Origin: Eledone cirrhosa
Lineage: Eukaryota
Reading direction: 5' to 3'
Length of the DNA stretch: 64,000 nucleotides
Assembly: GCA_964016885.1 (NCBI GenBank)
Contig: OZ024742.1
Location: 216,876,001-216,940,000, forward strand
Below the pieces are notes generated by a model. That model worked only from the letters and a program-made list of their open reading frames with translations. It was not told the DNA's origin and did not search any database. The position numbers and the translations under genes are program-made. Shown here piece after piece: positions 18,176-32,919 of this stretch; position 1 is the stretch's first letter, and each line of letters starts with the position of its first letter.

Positions 18176-18752
18176 AATCATTAAGTTGCGTTGTGATGAA
18201 ACATTGATCCACAGAAAGTATTTCTATTACCGTTACGAATATCACATGCAGCGTCGTCATCATTATCACCATCATCATCCTCACCATCTTCATCACCGTC
18301 CTCATCATACTTATCCTTATCGTCATCAGCCTCATCATCATCACCCTCATCCCCATCAGTAGCAGTATTGCCACCATAATTATGGTCGTTAACCAACACA
18401 CTTGTTAGTAATACGGATATTAATTAGTATATCATATAAATGGTGGTGTATGACAGATTCCATAGAGCCTCAGCCACAATGCTTCGCTGTATTTGGTCAT
18501 GTTTCTCATATTCTGAGTTCAATTCCCATGTGGATTGACATTGCTTTTCATCGTTTAGGGGTCGATAAATAAAAAGAATACAGGTAGTCAAGTAGTTGAA
18601 TGGTTTAAACTGACGATTGCAATTTCTTCAAACATGTGGTTTTTGCCAATCTTGAAACATTTAATCTGTAGAGGGATCCGTTCGCTTCCTAACCCACTAA
18701 AACAGCTTCCATCGTTATTTAGAAATTGTTGTCTAAAGACGATAAGTGTGAT

Positions 18753-18772
18753 AATGATGGTAATGATGATGC

Positions 18773-18838
<66 letters not shown>

Positions 18839-18855
18839 TGATGATGATGATGATG
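18753..18855. repeat. (ATG)n microsatellite
   Basis: Direct reading; source of the poly-M/poly-I pseudo-ORFs. Confidence 0.95.
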
Positions 18856-20479
18856 GTAAAACATGAGGATTATGATAACTACACTTCTATATATGTCAAA
18901 CCAGAGATAAAGCTGATGAAAACTACAAAACTGAAATAAAAGCGTGCAGAAGGGCTTTCAAGTACTATTATTAGGAATATGATAAATATTTTAATTAATA
19001 ATAAGAGCCCTTGGAATATCAACATTGTTACAAAAGTTTCAACGATAAACTTATTCCCTGCAAATCTTCTGAGGAGCAGAAAGCTTTAACCTACATTGCC
19101 TAACTTCAGTTAGCGAACTTCAAGCAAAAGTTTACAGATCATCTGGATTGTCTTTAAAGTAGATTAACATATTATTCAGAATGGTAATTTATCTATCAGG
19201 TACTTTCAGCATCCTGAATGCCAGAGCTTTAAGATCCGGCTTTCTCAGTAAGCTCGTCGTTGTTATATATATATAACCGACAATTCTCTCCCTGAAAACC
19301 AGGGCCTTTCTTCGAGGTATAGGGGACGTTTATTAATATTCTTCTTTTTTATTCATGAAATGTGTAAATAAAGAGAGTAATATAAAAATCAGAAAGAACA
19401 TTGTCAAAAATAAAAGAATGATTTCTTCGAATAGCGCAAGTTGTAGAAAAAGAGAGACCTTTATATATACGAGGTCAAGTCACGCGTCACTTTGTTTGAT
19501 TTTTTGGTTTCAAACACTTTCTTTCACGGTTTAGCAGTGTGGAAAGAGAAAGCCAATGACTCTGCTAAAAGAGAGAAAGAAAGGGCTGTGGATAACAGAT
19601 AAATATACTATAGTGCTGGAGGAAGCGAGAGACAGAGAAATATTCAGCATTCGTCCAACAATCAATCGATGAAACAGTGAAATATAGAGAGATAGGAAAA
19701 TAGTGAGAGAAGAAGAGACAGTGCAAGTAAGTAATAGAGTAAGAGGGGGAAAGGAGGAAGATAAGGTTCTACAACAGAAAAAAGACATTAGAGAGAGGAT
19801 GTGATAATATAATAAGAGAAGTGTGAGCAAAAACAAAATCTATTATAAAAGAGAATGACAGTGTTACAAAGAGAGGGGGATTGAGAGTGAAGAGGGGCTG
19901 TTTAGAAATGAAGAGAAGAGGTGGAAGCAGACTTTGATACAGAGAAAAATACAGTTGAAACTATAGGGAAAGGGATAGAGAGAAAGCTGATTAATGAGGA
20001 ATGTGAAGGAATGGGAATAAAGAAGGATGATGTGGGAGTGTAACTGTCAAAGTAAAGGAGGGAAAATCAGTTTTCAAGCATGGAGCAGGTTTCAGATGAA
20101 GAAGTTTCAGTCACGGGGAAAATGCTTGAATTCGAACTGCAGAATGGAGATGAAGATTATCACAAAAGGCAATCAATACTAGGAGTAAATATGAGTAATA
20201 AAGTGCTTCAAAACGACAAAAAGAAACTCAAACAACTGAATTAAGGCTTGATGTAAAAACAGTAAGAATAACTGAAAGATGAATTAAAACACCAAAAGAT
20301 GAAGGAACGAGACTTAAAGCAAATATATTAAGAATTACTGAAGTACGATAGAAACGAACCACCCTTATTTTGACGAGTATACATACACATACATATATAC
20401 AGACATGCGGACAGACATCTAGTCAAATATATAATGTTACAATAGGACTGTAATAAATGCATTGATAAAACAACAACAA

Positions 20480-20535
<56 letters not shown>

Positions 20536-20540
20536 ATAAT

Positions 20541-20925
20541 AACTGGATATTATTATCAAGGACTATTAGAAAAGCCGTACATTTTGTCAAGAATCGTCGG
20601 GTAAGATGCATCTTCCAATTGATGTATCAGTTCCAAAAGACAATATTATATCTAAAAGAAATGGCGAAGCTATCCAAATATAATATATCTGTAAATAGGG
20701 TTAACTAGAATGTCGGGGTTGAAAATGGAAACTATCCATACAATAATAGGTCCCTTGGGGGTAATTTAAAATGACACACACAAATATATACCAAACATCC
20801 TCGAATTACATAAAGTACTAATAGGCATATTACTTTCAACACATGTAACGGTAGCGCAACAGACCTGCACTTGTTGTTACAGTGAAAGCAGAGCAATACA
20901 ACTGAAACTACTGAAACAAAAATAA
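20541..20925 (+). mobile_element. Decayed R4/Dong-type 3' fragment (restriction-like endonuclease remnant plus 3' UTR)
   Basis: Broken translation resembles 'DIIIKD...IDVSVP...KLSKY...IIGPLG', homologous to ORF 58949..59401. Ends in aataataata. Confidence 0.6.
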
Positions 20926-21068
20926 TAATAATTGTTTCTATTTTAGGCACAAGGCCAGCAATTACCCAGTACATTACTGGTACTTTATTTTATCGACCCC
21001 GTAAGGATGAAAGGCAAAGTTAACCTCGGCGGGATTTGAAATCAGATCATAAAGGGACGTAACTCTAT
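20926..21068 (-). mobile_element. tRNA-SINE, 5' truncated; a second partial minus-strand copy follows at about 21075-21168
   Basis: Reverse complement of the B-box/core/tail of the 17033 copy. Confidence 0.88.
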
Positions 21069-21179
21069 AATAATAATAATGGTTTCACAAGGCCAGCAAT
21101 TTAAAGGGGATGGGTAAGTCAATTAAATATATCCAGTGCATTACTGGTACTTTATTTTATCGACCCCCAACAACAACAA

Positions 21180-21375
21180 TACCTATAATAATAGGTGCTC
21201 TGGAAATGATGAAAAAAGCACACAGACAGATACATAACCAAAACCCAAAACTTATATAAAATATATACAGCACAGAAAATCAATAGCAGTACTAGGCACT
21301 GCACATGTCCGAGACGCTCAGAGCTGTGGTCGGTAATGCAGTGACGATGAGAAATAAAAATACGACTAATAATAA
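21180..21375 (+). mobile_element. Decayed R4/Dong-type 3' tip
   Basis: Encodes PIIIGAL...LGTAH-like RLE C-terminus and ends in taataataa. Confidence 0.55.
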
Positions 21376-21883
21376 TAAAGTAATAAGGATAATAATAATG
21401 ATGATGATGATGATGATGGTGGTGGTGATGGTGATGATGGTGATGATGATGGTGTGCTATTAGCCTGAAATGTTACGCCATCGACGTTATCAATATCATT
21501 GACATCATCGATATGATCGTCGTCCCTGTTGCCATAGTCATTATCCTGATCTTTATAGTCAAGATACGGAAGTGAAAGAGCAACATATAACAAATACGTT
21601 AGGTTTACATAAATAAACTTACTTAAAGATTTTCTCTGCTGGCAGTTCCTTTTACACAGAAATATCATATAGGATATTTGCCATGATCACCATAATTTTC
21701 GTCATTGTTATCATCATCATCATCATCACCAGAAAAAACACTATCATCAGCATCGTCGTTGTGTATATCTTTGACATCATCATCATCATCATCAACAAGA
21801 ATTTATTCGAATTATCCCTTAATTTGTATAGCTATATTTAAGTCACTCATGTCATCTATTATATGTGTGCCTGTGTCTATGTG

Positions 21884-21918
<35 letters not shown>

Positions 21919-22167
21919 ATTGAGTCGTCAAGTATGAAATTTGTAGAGATTTGTAGAAAAGAAACAAATTTCTACAGATTTCATACTTGACGACCCAACA
22001 CACATATATACATATATATATATACAACATACTGAAGCAGCAGAAATGCTGGAGCGAGGAACTAAATATTTACAGTTTACAGTATTGATTCAATCACATA
22101 CCAGTGTGTGTGACCTTTTGCAAATATATTAAATCCTTACTATTTTATATTTTGTACATTATCCTAA

Positions 22168-22380
22168 TAATGGTTTCTGATCCAGGCAAAAGGCCAACAA
22201 TTTTGAGGGAGGGGAAAGTCCATTAAACCGACACCAGGACGTTATTGGTACTTTATTATATCGAACTTCTTGGGATGAAAGGCAAAGCTAACCTCGGTGG
22301 TATTAGGACTCAGAACAGAAAGAGCCTTAATTAAAGACTGTAAAGCATTTTGTCTGACACTCTAATGATTCTCCCAGTTA
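22168..22380 (-). mobile_element. Diverged tRNA-SINE (long form)
   Basis: Reverse-complement core ggatgaaaggcaaagctaacctcgg and tail ggtttctgatccaggcaaaaggcc. Confidence 0.75.
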
Positions 22381-23135
22381 CCCTTTTACATAACCCACTC
22401 ATTGCCCTAGTAATAAAATCATTTCGACTTCCTTTATGTGATGAATACTATTCGACTCAGCATGAATGCCACAGAAAATTTTAGAAGAAAAGAATTAGGG
22501 TGTTATTTGTGTATACTTATTTCAAATCACAATGAGACCAAGTTTGAATTTCTTCCCCATAAGTTTCGATAAAATATGTCAAGACCGCAAAACTGCAGGC
22601 CTCACTTATTCAAACCATGTGACAGAAAATCGTTATCTGACTGAACAAAATCGTTGTTTTAGTATATCTCGTCTCTGTATTCAGGTCCCATTGAAGAGAC
22701 ACTGTCTCTCATCCCACCCACCCCGAACTAACTACCCGTGAGCGGAATTATTGAATTGACTATCCTTTTCCGGAATCAGTATTGCGCTAAACAGACCATT
22801 GTCAACATCATTACATATGATAATTAGCGCTAAGCGAAGTTTTTTTCTCTATGTGCGCTATTGTTGTTTTTATTATGTTTTCGTTTTTTGCTAATGTTAA
22901 CCAAATAATTGATGCTTTGTGCTGATGGTGTCGGTGTTATAGTTATTGGCGTAACATCTGCTGAAGCTTTCGCTGATGTGTTGATTAAAAATATTTATCC
23001 AGCTCGTCATTGATTTATAAGAAAATATGATTTTTTAGAAATACAAATAAATGAACAAGCATATGTGTGTATATATATATACACGTGCGTATATATATAT
23101 ACAAGCATATGTGTGTATATATATATACGCGTGCG

Positions 23136-23170
<35 letters not shown>

Positions 23171-23398
23171 ATATATATATATATATATTTATTTATTTAT
23201 TTATGAGTGTGTGTGTATGCTTGCATATGCGTGTCTATATGTACAGCCATTTTTCTATATGCTTGTATCACTTAGTGGTTGCTAAGAAGTCGCATGGAGA
23301 TGATTACTATTCAGGCTTACATGCATTTGTTTCCATTTGCACGTGATTTATGCACCTGATAAATGCTTACTTGTACATATATACATATACATACATAC

Positions 23399-23462
<64 letters not shown>

Positions 23463-23943
23463 ACGTTATCTACCCTGTAGGTGTGTATATGCATGTATGT
23501 ATATGCTTGTGTTTGTGTGAGTGTGTGTTTGTGTGTGTGTGTGAGTGTTCAACATTTCTCAATATACATTTCTATATTATAAGCATATGGTTAATTATAT
23601 ATGCCTATATCTACATGTGTGCATGAAAAAAAGACAAAATATTACGAGAGAAAACTAACACTTTTTATTGTTGTTGTTTTTTATACCCATAAATCTCCCC
23701 ATTACTGGCTATACCTCGGGCCCCCTACGGCAGAAATTGACCTGTTAGCAGTTTTCTTTTCTTGATAAAGGATATATGATTTCTTTAAATTTAAAGTACA
23801 TTCAGCGGGACAAATAAGCTATCGTTTATATATATTGCTCTTGGAAACCAGAATACCTAAAACGATAAACGATTATATGCCCACCCGTCCATAAAGTGTG
23901 GACTCGTGGCTATGTTATAAATTATAATTATTATATCCACTAT

Positions 23944-24137
23944 GAGCGCTGGATTGGCAGTATCAGTAGAGGGTTGGACGCCATGCTTTGCAGCATAGAG
24001 TTACGCTCTTTTACGGTCTGAGTTCAAATCCCGCCGAGGTTAACTTTGCCTTTCATCCTTACGGGGTCGATAAAATAAAGTACCAGTAATGCACTGGGAT
24101 AATTGCTGGCCTTGTGCCAAAAGTAGAAACAATTATT
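23944..24137 (+). mobile_element. tRNA-SINE, full length
   Basis: Same A-box, B-box, core and tail as the 17033 copy. Confidence 0.92.
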
Positions 24138-24253
24138 TTATCCAACTTTTATTTTAGAGATAAATATCACGATATTAATTTTTTTTTTATTTTTGTTATA
24201 TTCCAGAATTTTTTTATATTATGTATCCTATGTTTAAAATTGTCCTGGGATAA

Positions 24254-24340
<87 letters not shown>

Positions 24341-24923
24341 TTTTCATGAGCTTTCTGTGGAGTTTAGGGCGGGGCTCGCTGGAGCTTCATTAGTATTTGT
24401 GAATTATTTAAACCTAATTTTTCCTGGTTCTTTTCTTTTTTATTTTTATTATGTTCTACTTTAATTCTTTCATTTTGTCATTCACTTATTCCTGTTTGTA
24501 ATAACCAGTATCCAAAACACGCGTAGTTTACAATTAAAACAGTGTCGACGAATATTTTAGAGTAAGTAGCCAGAAGTAAATCGAAAATGGGTCGATATTT
24601 CCAGTCCTCTGTCGAATCCATTTCACTTATGTTTATAATGCTCTTTCGAAAAGCCATGGCGGACGTAATAACTTCCTGAGTCTTCCCATTTGTAACAAAG
24701 AGGCTTTTGCACCTGGTCAAATAAAAAGAAGACAAATACCTACTTAAAACAAAAGAAAAATGAAAGATTTGTATGGTTGATCTGTTTAAAAAATTGCATC
24801 CGATTTTGTTGGGGTTTTTTTATCTTGAATTGAATTTTTTATTTTCACTTTTATGTTTGCTGCTGAAACGTTTATTCTTAATAAAATGGATAAATATATG
24901 CATTAAATATAAAATCCATTTAT

Positions 24924-24960
<37 letters not shown>

Positions 24961-24961
24961 C

Positions 24962-25069
<108 letters not shown>

Positions 25070-25191
25070 CAATAAATGGATTTTATATTTAATACATATA
25101 TTTATCCATATATATATATATATACATATATATACATACATACATATATATATATACATATATATATAAATATACATATATATACATATGC

Positions 25192-25222
<31 letters not shown>

Positions 25223-25241
25223 CACATATATATACATATGC

Positions 25242-25276
<35 letters not shown>

Positions 25277-25308
25277 TATATGTATGTATATATATATATA
25301 TATATACA

Positions 25309-25366
<58 letters not shown>

Positions 25367-25688
25367 AAGGTTTTCTAATCAATTATGAAATGAAACATTT
25401 CCAGAAATATATTGTTGTCTTTGTTTTGTTATTATTTAGCCTTCTAGCTTTTTTTCTTTCATCCTTTTTTTTTTCTTTGTATTTTATGTTTTACAGCTTT
25501 GCCATGTATATGTGTATGGCTTTTGTTTTCTTTTTTTCTTTTGTCTGATTATTATTTAACAATTATTATATTTATATAAAGTGATGGAATCTATAAGAGT
25601 ATGAGATAATATCCCAAAGATGAAATTCGGTGACCCCGCTTTCAAAAACACGGTTTAAATTTTTATTTATAATAATAATAATAATAAT

Positions 25689-26110
25689 CAGTTCTTTACT
25701 TGCCACAAGAGACGTAATTTAGGAGAGCGTTACAAGAACAAAATGTAAAAATGGTGAGTGGTGTGCATAAAATCGAGTATAAGAAAACAGGCCTAAAAAC
25801 AATATAGCAAAAGAAATGTAATGAAACACCTCAATAGAGAGAAAACTACCAAGAGCCAGTCAAGGAACCCGCAGACCCTTTACTACCCTTACTGCCAAAT
25901 GTGAGTACTTGTTCCCAGCAGTGTTCTCCGGTCTACAGGTGCCTTCTAAGTGAAAACCCGTTTACTCGGGATATACTCGCCATTGTTAACAATCTTTCGG
26001 CAAATTTCCTGGAGGGCAACTCTTCCTTCTCCTTCCTACCCCCCACCTTCCTCTCCAAGTGGAACTTGAAAAGATGTTGATGAGAAGGGGCAGGATATCT
26101 GTCTTCAGTG
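25689..26110 (-). mobile_element. L1/Tx1-type LINE 3' fragment
   Basis: Minus-strand translation FKFHLERKV...ELPSRKFAERLLTMASISRVNG matches the C-terminus of ORF 58037..58468. The 3' end cttgtggcaagtaaagaactg abuts (ATT)n. Confidence 0.85.
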
Positions 26111-26909
26111 CAGCAGAAACTTTTGAGTTTCTGAATTCAATATCTTAGAGTAATTATGTTTTATTATTCTACGATCTGAGTTCAAATCTTACCGGGGTCA
26201 ACTTTCATCCCTCCAGGCATCGATGTAATACGTACCAGTAATATACTGTTATGGATTTAATCGACTAAATCGTTCCCCTGTGAATTTGAGATTGTGAACT
26301 ATCGTAAGAAATATATACATTTTTGTTGATCATAAAAACATAGCATTATAACCTCTATTTGGTAACAGATGGAATGCTACGTTCTAAATACTGAGTATCA
26401 TTGATAATTTCCAGAGAGTATCAACAGTGAGACGATATTTCTACTTTCCCAAACTGAGGAAGGACTTATTTACCAGCACTTGAAGTTTTTTGTTTCTTTT
26501 TTTGTTTTTTTTCCAACAGTCATATTTTTAAATTTAAATAAATAAGAATTGTGAAAAAAATTGTGGTTTGTTTATTTGTTTCGAATAGTTAGAGACGCAA
26601 TAATATAGGTTTTTTTACTTGTTTCCTAGTTAGGGATGGCCATTACTCATTGTTTTACTTACTATATATTTTGTGGGGAAGGGGGTTATCCGCACCAGTG
26701 TATTTACGCATATTTACTATTCAGAATCTGAAAAGAGGAAAAGAGAAACGTAAATTCAACTCTGGTCCAATTTGAGCTTTCTGCGATACTTATGGCTGTT
26801 TTAATTTCTACCAATTCAATTCTACTACCTTCCTTAAGTACACGACATCTGAGGGAGGCGTACAGACGCCATCCTGGCATATTGAGGAGTGCTTCAAAAA
26901 TATAAATTT

Positions 26910-27115
26910 GGTGGAGCTCATCTCTCTCCAGAGCTGGCCATAGCCGATTTCTCCAAAGAGAAAGATCTATCCCAGTACTCCACTCTTTATCGACCCCGAA
27001 AGAATAAAGGGCAATGTTTATCACAATTGGATTTGAACTCAAAGTACAGAAAACTGGAAGGAATAGCGCCAGGCATTTTATCCGGCGCTCTGACGAATCT
27101 ACCAAGTAGCCGCCT
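26910..27115 (-). mobile_element. Diverged tRNA-SINE
   Basis: ttatcgaccccgaa...ggatttgaactc is the reverse complement of core and B-box. Confidence 0.65.
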
Positions 27116-27264
27116 TGTTAGTTTTACTCTTAATCCAAGTATTTAGTCTTAATATACCAAACTTTGACATTGAGAGAAATCAATTCTGGGACATTTCCTA
27201 ACCATCATTTCTTATTTATTATTTTCTTAAGAACCGTCCCTTGATGTCGTTATTTGTATTTGTA

Positions 27265-27515
27265 TTGTTGTTGCTGTTGCTGTTGTTTAGCATCTACTCA
27301 GCTTAGATGAAGCAAACTTATGATTAATGGTTTTCCCGCTACGGCCATCTTTCTTGTGGGCATTGCGCAGCTAGTGGGCATTGCCCATTGGGTATTATCA
27401 AATGTGCATTCCTCCCTTCCCAACCCGTCTTTCTATGCGCTAGGGTGAAATTTAAAGAACATTTAGCTGCTACTTCTAGCAGATTAAATGTCTACGTAGA
27501 GACTCCTTTGTTCGT
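27265..27515 (-). mobile_element. Old dispersed repeat, SINE-like with (CAA)n tail; related copies near 15940-16100, 30470-30670, 45370-45490 and, in opposite orientation, 38820-38930 and 51225-51400
   Basis: Shared degenerate blocks such as 'gctgctacttctagcag...tagagactcc' and 'gcattccaactgtggccatcc' between copies. Confidence 0.45.
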
Positions 27516-27769
27516 CGGTCGGTCATTCTGTTTCCAAATTGTACGAAGGAAGGGTTGAGCAATCGTCTGTATAAAGAAAAGAATGGGAGGGATAAGATTT
27601 TTTAATTCATAATACTTCTAGTATATATCTTTCTTTAATATCATGTTAATGCATAATTCAATTAATTTAATGAAAGGTTCCATGCTTTAACTGTTATTTA
27701 CAAATGTTATCAAAAGTATATTTTTAGAAAACCCAAATGGTTATTATTGTCTAAGTAATTAGATATAAT

Positions 27770-27985
27770 GGTTTCTGATTTAGGCACAAGACCAACAATT
27801 TTGGGAACGAGGAAAGTCGATTAAATAGACCCCAGTGCATTACTGGTACTTTATTTATCCCCGTAAGGATGAAAGGCAAAGTTAACCTCAGCGGGATTTG
27901 AACTCAGAACGTAAAGGAACATAACTATATACCACAAAGTATATTGTTCGATATTCTATCGATATAGCCAATCCACCTCCCTTCT
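27770..27985 (-). mobile_element. tRNA-SINE (long form) with imperfect TSD
   Basis: Reverse-complement SINE; flanks taagtaattagatataat and taagtaattgatataat. Confidence 0.85.
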
Positions 27986-29999
27986 TAAGTAATTGATATA
28001 ATACAAGAAGATTTCAATATCAGCAGTTTCAATTTAATCTTTTTTGCTATTATCTTGTTCGAAGAATGGTCGGTTGCGATTGAATACAAATACCACTTTA
28101 CTTGTATTAGTTTAATTACAATCTAGTAGTTTTGATTTATCTAAGTTACTTGATTTAAATCATAGTTTTAGACATTTGGAAGCAATATAAGTAAGAGGGC
28201 AATATAGCTACCACTAATTACAACGAAAAACCCATGTGATTTTCTCCAAAATAATTATACATTTCTTCATATATCCAGTGCTTCATCGTCAATTATTTAT
28301 AATACAAGTTTTTCTGGTCGAGAAATGTTCGAATGTTGCATTCTAAAAGGGAAGTAACCTCATCTTGACCTCAATTGTTGTTCTTAAATATTGTAGTTAG
28401 TTAGACAGGGAGAGAGCAAGGCAGCAAGCGGGGAAGAAGAGATAAAAAGTACTAACATTAGCAGGTGATGAAGATCGGAAATAGGAGATATTAAACCGAT
28501 GATATTTAAGTCTATTACATTCAGAATTTAACAAAGATATTAAAGTTGTCTACTTATATACAATTTGTTACAAACGGCCTTTGAAATATTTCTTGGTATT
28601 AACGTTATTAATTGCGGGATGGATCAGTAGAATCGTAAGAGTAACAGAAAAATGGTTTCGAAATATGTTTTGATTTTGAATCCCACCAAAGAATGATAAA
28701 ATGAAAAGCATTCGACAGCTGTAAGTAGATCCTAATCAACTATATCCTTTCTCAAAATTTGAGCCTTTGTGTTTTTATGAGAAGGTGATATTAATGTTGT
28801 CAGCAGTTGAGATGGATTTGCAGAATCAATATAGCGTCGGACAAAAATACTTTGCACTATTTATTTAGCGCCATTTACATTCTCAGTTCAAACCTTACCA
28901 TGGTAGACTCTCCTTGTAGCCTCGATGAAAAGAAATGGATGCTGTCGATATATTAGACTATTTGTCTCACCAGAAATCTATAACCTATGATAGAAACAAT
29001 ATTATTGTTGCTCCAGAATCGACTTTCACTTTCATTCTCCTGTGGTCAATAAAATAAGTAGCAATTAAATATTGGTCTTGCACACAATAAGAAATTACTA
29101 TTGCCAGTAATGAATATCCCAAGATATTATTTTTCCTCAAATGTTCCATATGAATATAACAATATTTTACATAAGAAAAACTTCCTTTTGTTATATTTTA
29201 TCAAATTTAAATGTTAGAATATTGTGCTGTTGTGGTGGAGTTCGAAAGGAGAAGAACAAAAAGATCAGAATAAACTATCTCGAAAATGAACGTTTTTAAG
29301 CAGTTTCTATGTATAGACAAAAATAGACGTATTAGTTAGAGAGTATTAAAATATTGATTTATTTTAATTAAACACGTGTTCACTTCTTCTCGTCAGTATA
29401 TTGCATTGATTCTAATGAGATAATGCGAGGTTGGCTGAGATCGGAAGAATTAGATATAATTAAATACAGTAACATTGCTGTATCTCGGATATCTTTACTT
29501 CCAAAATAAAATTAAGAGATTATTTTAAATGATTATAACTAATGTATCTCAAAGTACAATAAGAATATTTTGCATTTAGCAGCTCATTTAAATCTGATTA
29601 TGGAGCAATTTCTTTTAGATTGTGAGCGCAGTTAAAAGTTTAATTATATTTCTAAGAAGAAAGCATTGTTCTTACTATTCGCTAGAACGAGAAAAAATAT
29701 TCTTTTTTTATCGTAATATTAATATTCTGGACGATATTGTGGATTGGCAGAATCATTAAAGCGTCCAGCAAAATATCTTTCAGTATTTGTTCTAGCCTTT
29801 TACGTTCTGAGTTCGATTGTCGCTGAGGTGAACTTTATCTTTTATCCTATAAAATAAGAAGCAGTCATTTACTGGGATTCATTTAATCAACTAACCCTTC
29901 TTTTCAAATTTCTGGTCTATGTAACAAATTATTATAGTTACATCAAATATAATGAGAATATTTCATCTTTAGGTTCTATATCATTATATTTTAAGAACA

Positions 30000-30170
30000 A
30001 AGGGCGGTGGATTGGCAGTATCGGTAGAGGGTCAGACGCCATGCTTTGACGCATAGAGTTATGGCCCTTGCCATTCTGAGTTCAAATCCCGCCGAGATTA
30101 ACTTTGCCTTTCATCGCTACGGGGTCGATAAAATAAATAATTGCTGGCCTTGTGCCAAAAAGTAGAAACT
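30000..30170 (+). mobile_element. tRNA-SINE with 17-bp TSD; older copies upstream at about 28615-29100 and 29740-29930
   Basis: TSD attatattttaagaaca at 29983-29999 and 30171-30187. Confidence 0.92.
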
Positions 30171-30861
30171 ATTATATTTTAAGAACATAACGGATTGGTG
30201 GGGATGACAATTTTTTGACATTTCTAAACATGCAAATAAATCAGTATTAGAATACATTAACATTATACCAACGATATAAATTCATATTAGAATATACAAT
30301 GGTAAGTTTGTCAGAAACAGAAAAGTATCGGGCTATATGTTTTATAATACTTAGATCAGTCTTTGTCACTCCAGAGTTCAACATTCTACAAGAATCAACG
30401 TTTTCCACTTCATCAATTGTAGTCAATGAAATACGATAATAGTAGCAGTACTTACTGTTGCTGTTATTGCATATCTTGAGGTTAGCTCACCTTAAACAGA
30501 CCTAATTATCTGGTGGGTTGGGGGGGGGGGGGGGGGGGGTTCTGATTTTTAATCATTTTTTACCAGAGAGTTTACTATCCAATACACAGAGTAGCGTACG
30601 ATTTGGGGAGAATGGACAGCCATTGCTTGCATATAGAACGGAACCACATACAGGCTTGCTTCGACGTCAACTCGAAGCCAATGGTTAATACCAAACTCTC
30701 ATGCCACTTAATCGCTAGTAACGTTGGAGGAAATTTGAAGGTCATACGATCGCATTTTAATATACCGAAGACCAGACGCTTACGTAAGAGATTTTAAAAT
30801 AGTGTGTCTGTGTGTACGTGTATGAGGGTTCTCTTAAACATAAAAATATGTGGATGTGAGA

Positions 30862-30980
<119 letters not shown>

Positions 30981-30996
30981 TGGGGGAAGTGTGCAT

Positions 30997-31063
<67 letters not shown>

Positions 31064-31278
31064 GATAGAGAGAGACAGATAGAGAGAGAGAACGAGAAAG
31101 AAGGAGGGAGAGGGAGAGAAAGACACAAGATGACTGATAAGCAAAGCAGCACATAAAACGTTATATATTGGAAAACCTGACTAACTTATCGAATAGTCAC
31201 ATTAATGGCAGACCGATTCATCTTACATGATTTTTTTTCTTCACTTCGAACGGAAAATTGCCTGAGATGAGATTATGC

Positions 31279-31371
<93 letters not shown>

Positions 31372-31720
31372 CATGTGTGTGTGTATGTGTGTGTGTGTGT
31401 GCGGTTTCTAGTTTAGGCAATTTATATCGAACCACTATTTTACTAGTACTTTATCAATCTGGAGAGGATGAAAGACAAACGTGACCTCCGTAGTAGTTGA
31501 ACTCTGAACGTAAAGAGCGGAACAAATACGGCGAAGCACATGTCCGAAACTCTAACTACTTCACCTTATATACACATATGAGAATGTGCGTATGTGCGCG
31601 TGTGTGTGTGTGTGCGTGTGTGCGTGCGTATGTGTGCGTGTGTGTGTGTGTGCGTGTGTGTGTGTGCGTGCGCGCGTGTGTGCGTGTGTATGTGTGTGTG
31701 TGTGCGTGCGTGTGTGTGTG

Positions 31721-31767
<47 letters not shown>

Positions 31768-31777
31768 GTGTGTTTGT

Positions 31778-31904
<127 letters not shown>

Positions 31905-32206
31905 TGTGTGTATGTACTGGAGAAATTAATGAAATGTAAATTTCCCATTTGTAAATCTGAGATAAATTGTTCTTGGCTCACCAATTCCCTCACAATTTTA
32001 GTCCTCTTACTGCATACTTGCTATAATACCAATTGAGACGAGAGGCTGTTCACTGCTTTGTAACGAAGTAGTGTTCAAGATCCCTCCAGCGGAGATTGGA
32101 CACCTTTTACAATAGCGCAATGGGATCAATAACTGGCTAAAAATAAAAATAACATAGACCACGTTTTCGATTTAAACCTCACAGTACAATTATTATTATT
32201 TACATA

Positions 32207-32383
32207 GATTGGCAGTATCGGTAGAGGGTCGGACGCCATGCTTTCCAGCATAGTTACGTCCCTTTACGATCTGAGTTCAAATCCCGCCGAGGTTGACTTT
32301 GCCTTTCATCCTTACGGGGTCGATAAAATAAAGTACCAGTAATGCACTGGGTAATTGCTGGCCTTGTGCCTAAAGTAGAAACA
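32207..32383 (+). mobile_element. tRNA-SINE with TSD
   Basis: Near-consensus copy; TSD attatttacata at 32195-32206 and 32384-32395. Confidence 0.92.
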
Positions 32384-32401
32384 ATTATTTACATATACTC
32401 T

Positions 32402-32437
<36 letters not shown>

Positions 32438-32614
32438 TATATATAATACTTTAACTAATTATATCTCATAAAATAATACAACTGGTTTTTCCACATTATA
32501 CATATTGTTAGCACCCCAAACACTTAAATTGGGTTTATATTTAAATATAACCTAATGTTTGTTGAGTGAGATGGTTACCAGTCAGAGTTTAGCTTTAAAC
32601 TATCTCTGTTATTG

Positions 32615-32653
<39 letters not shown>

Positions 32654-32919
32654 TTGTGATATATTAGTAAAAAGGAAAAGAAACTGCTGACAAATGTTTC
32701 CCAGGGAAAAATAGTTTAATTAGGAATAAGTATAAATTAGTAATAAGTATTAGTTAGTATTCAGTTTTAGTTTTGTTTTTACCGGTTCTTATGCTTTTCA
32801 TAAATAATTTTGAGATAGAGTGCCCGTGATTGTTGCTCTAATCTGATTAGTTTTGGAAATTCTTCCTATTTTATGTGAAAAAAGTGGCTTGGGAGGTATT
32901 AAGATTTGGTTGGTTGTTG

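Noticed and set aside
18181-18399. Acidic D/G-rich ORF and His-rich opposite-strand ORF
   Set aside because: Degenerate (CAT)n microsatellite.
19530-20350. Purine-rich stretch with a hydrophobic antisense ORF
   Set aside because: Low-complexity GA-rich sequence; no domain evidence.
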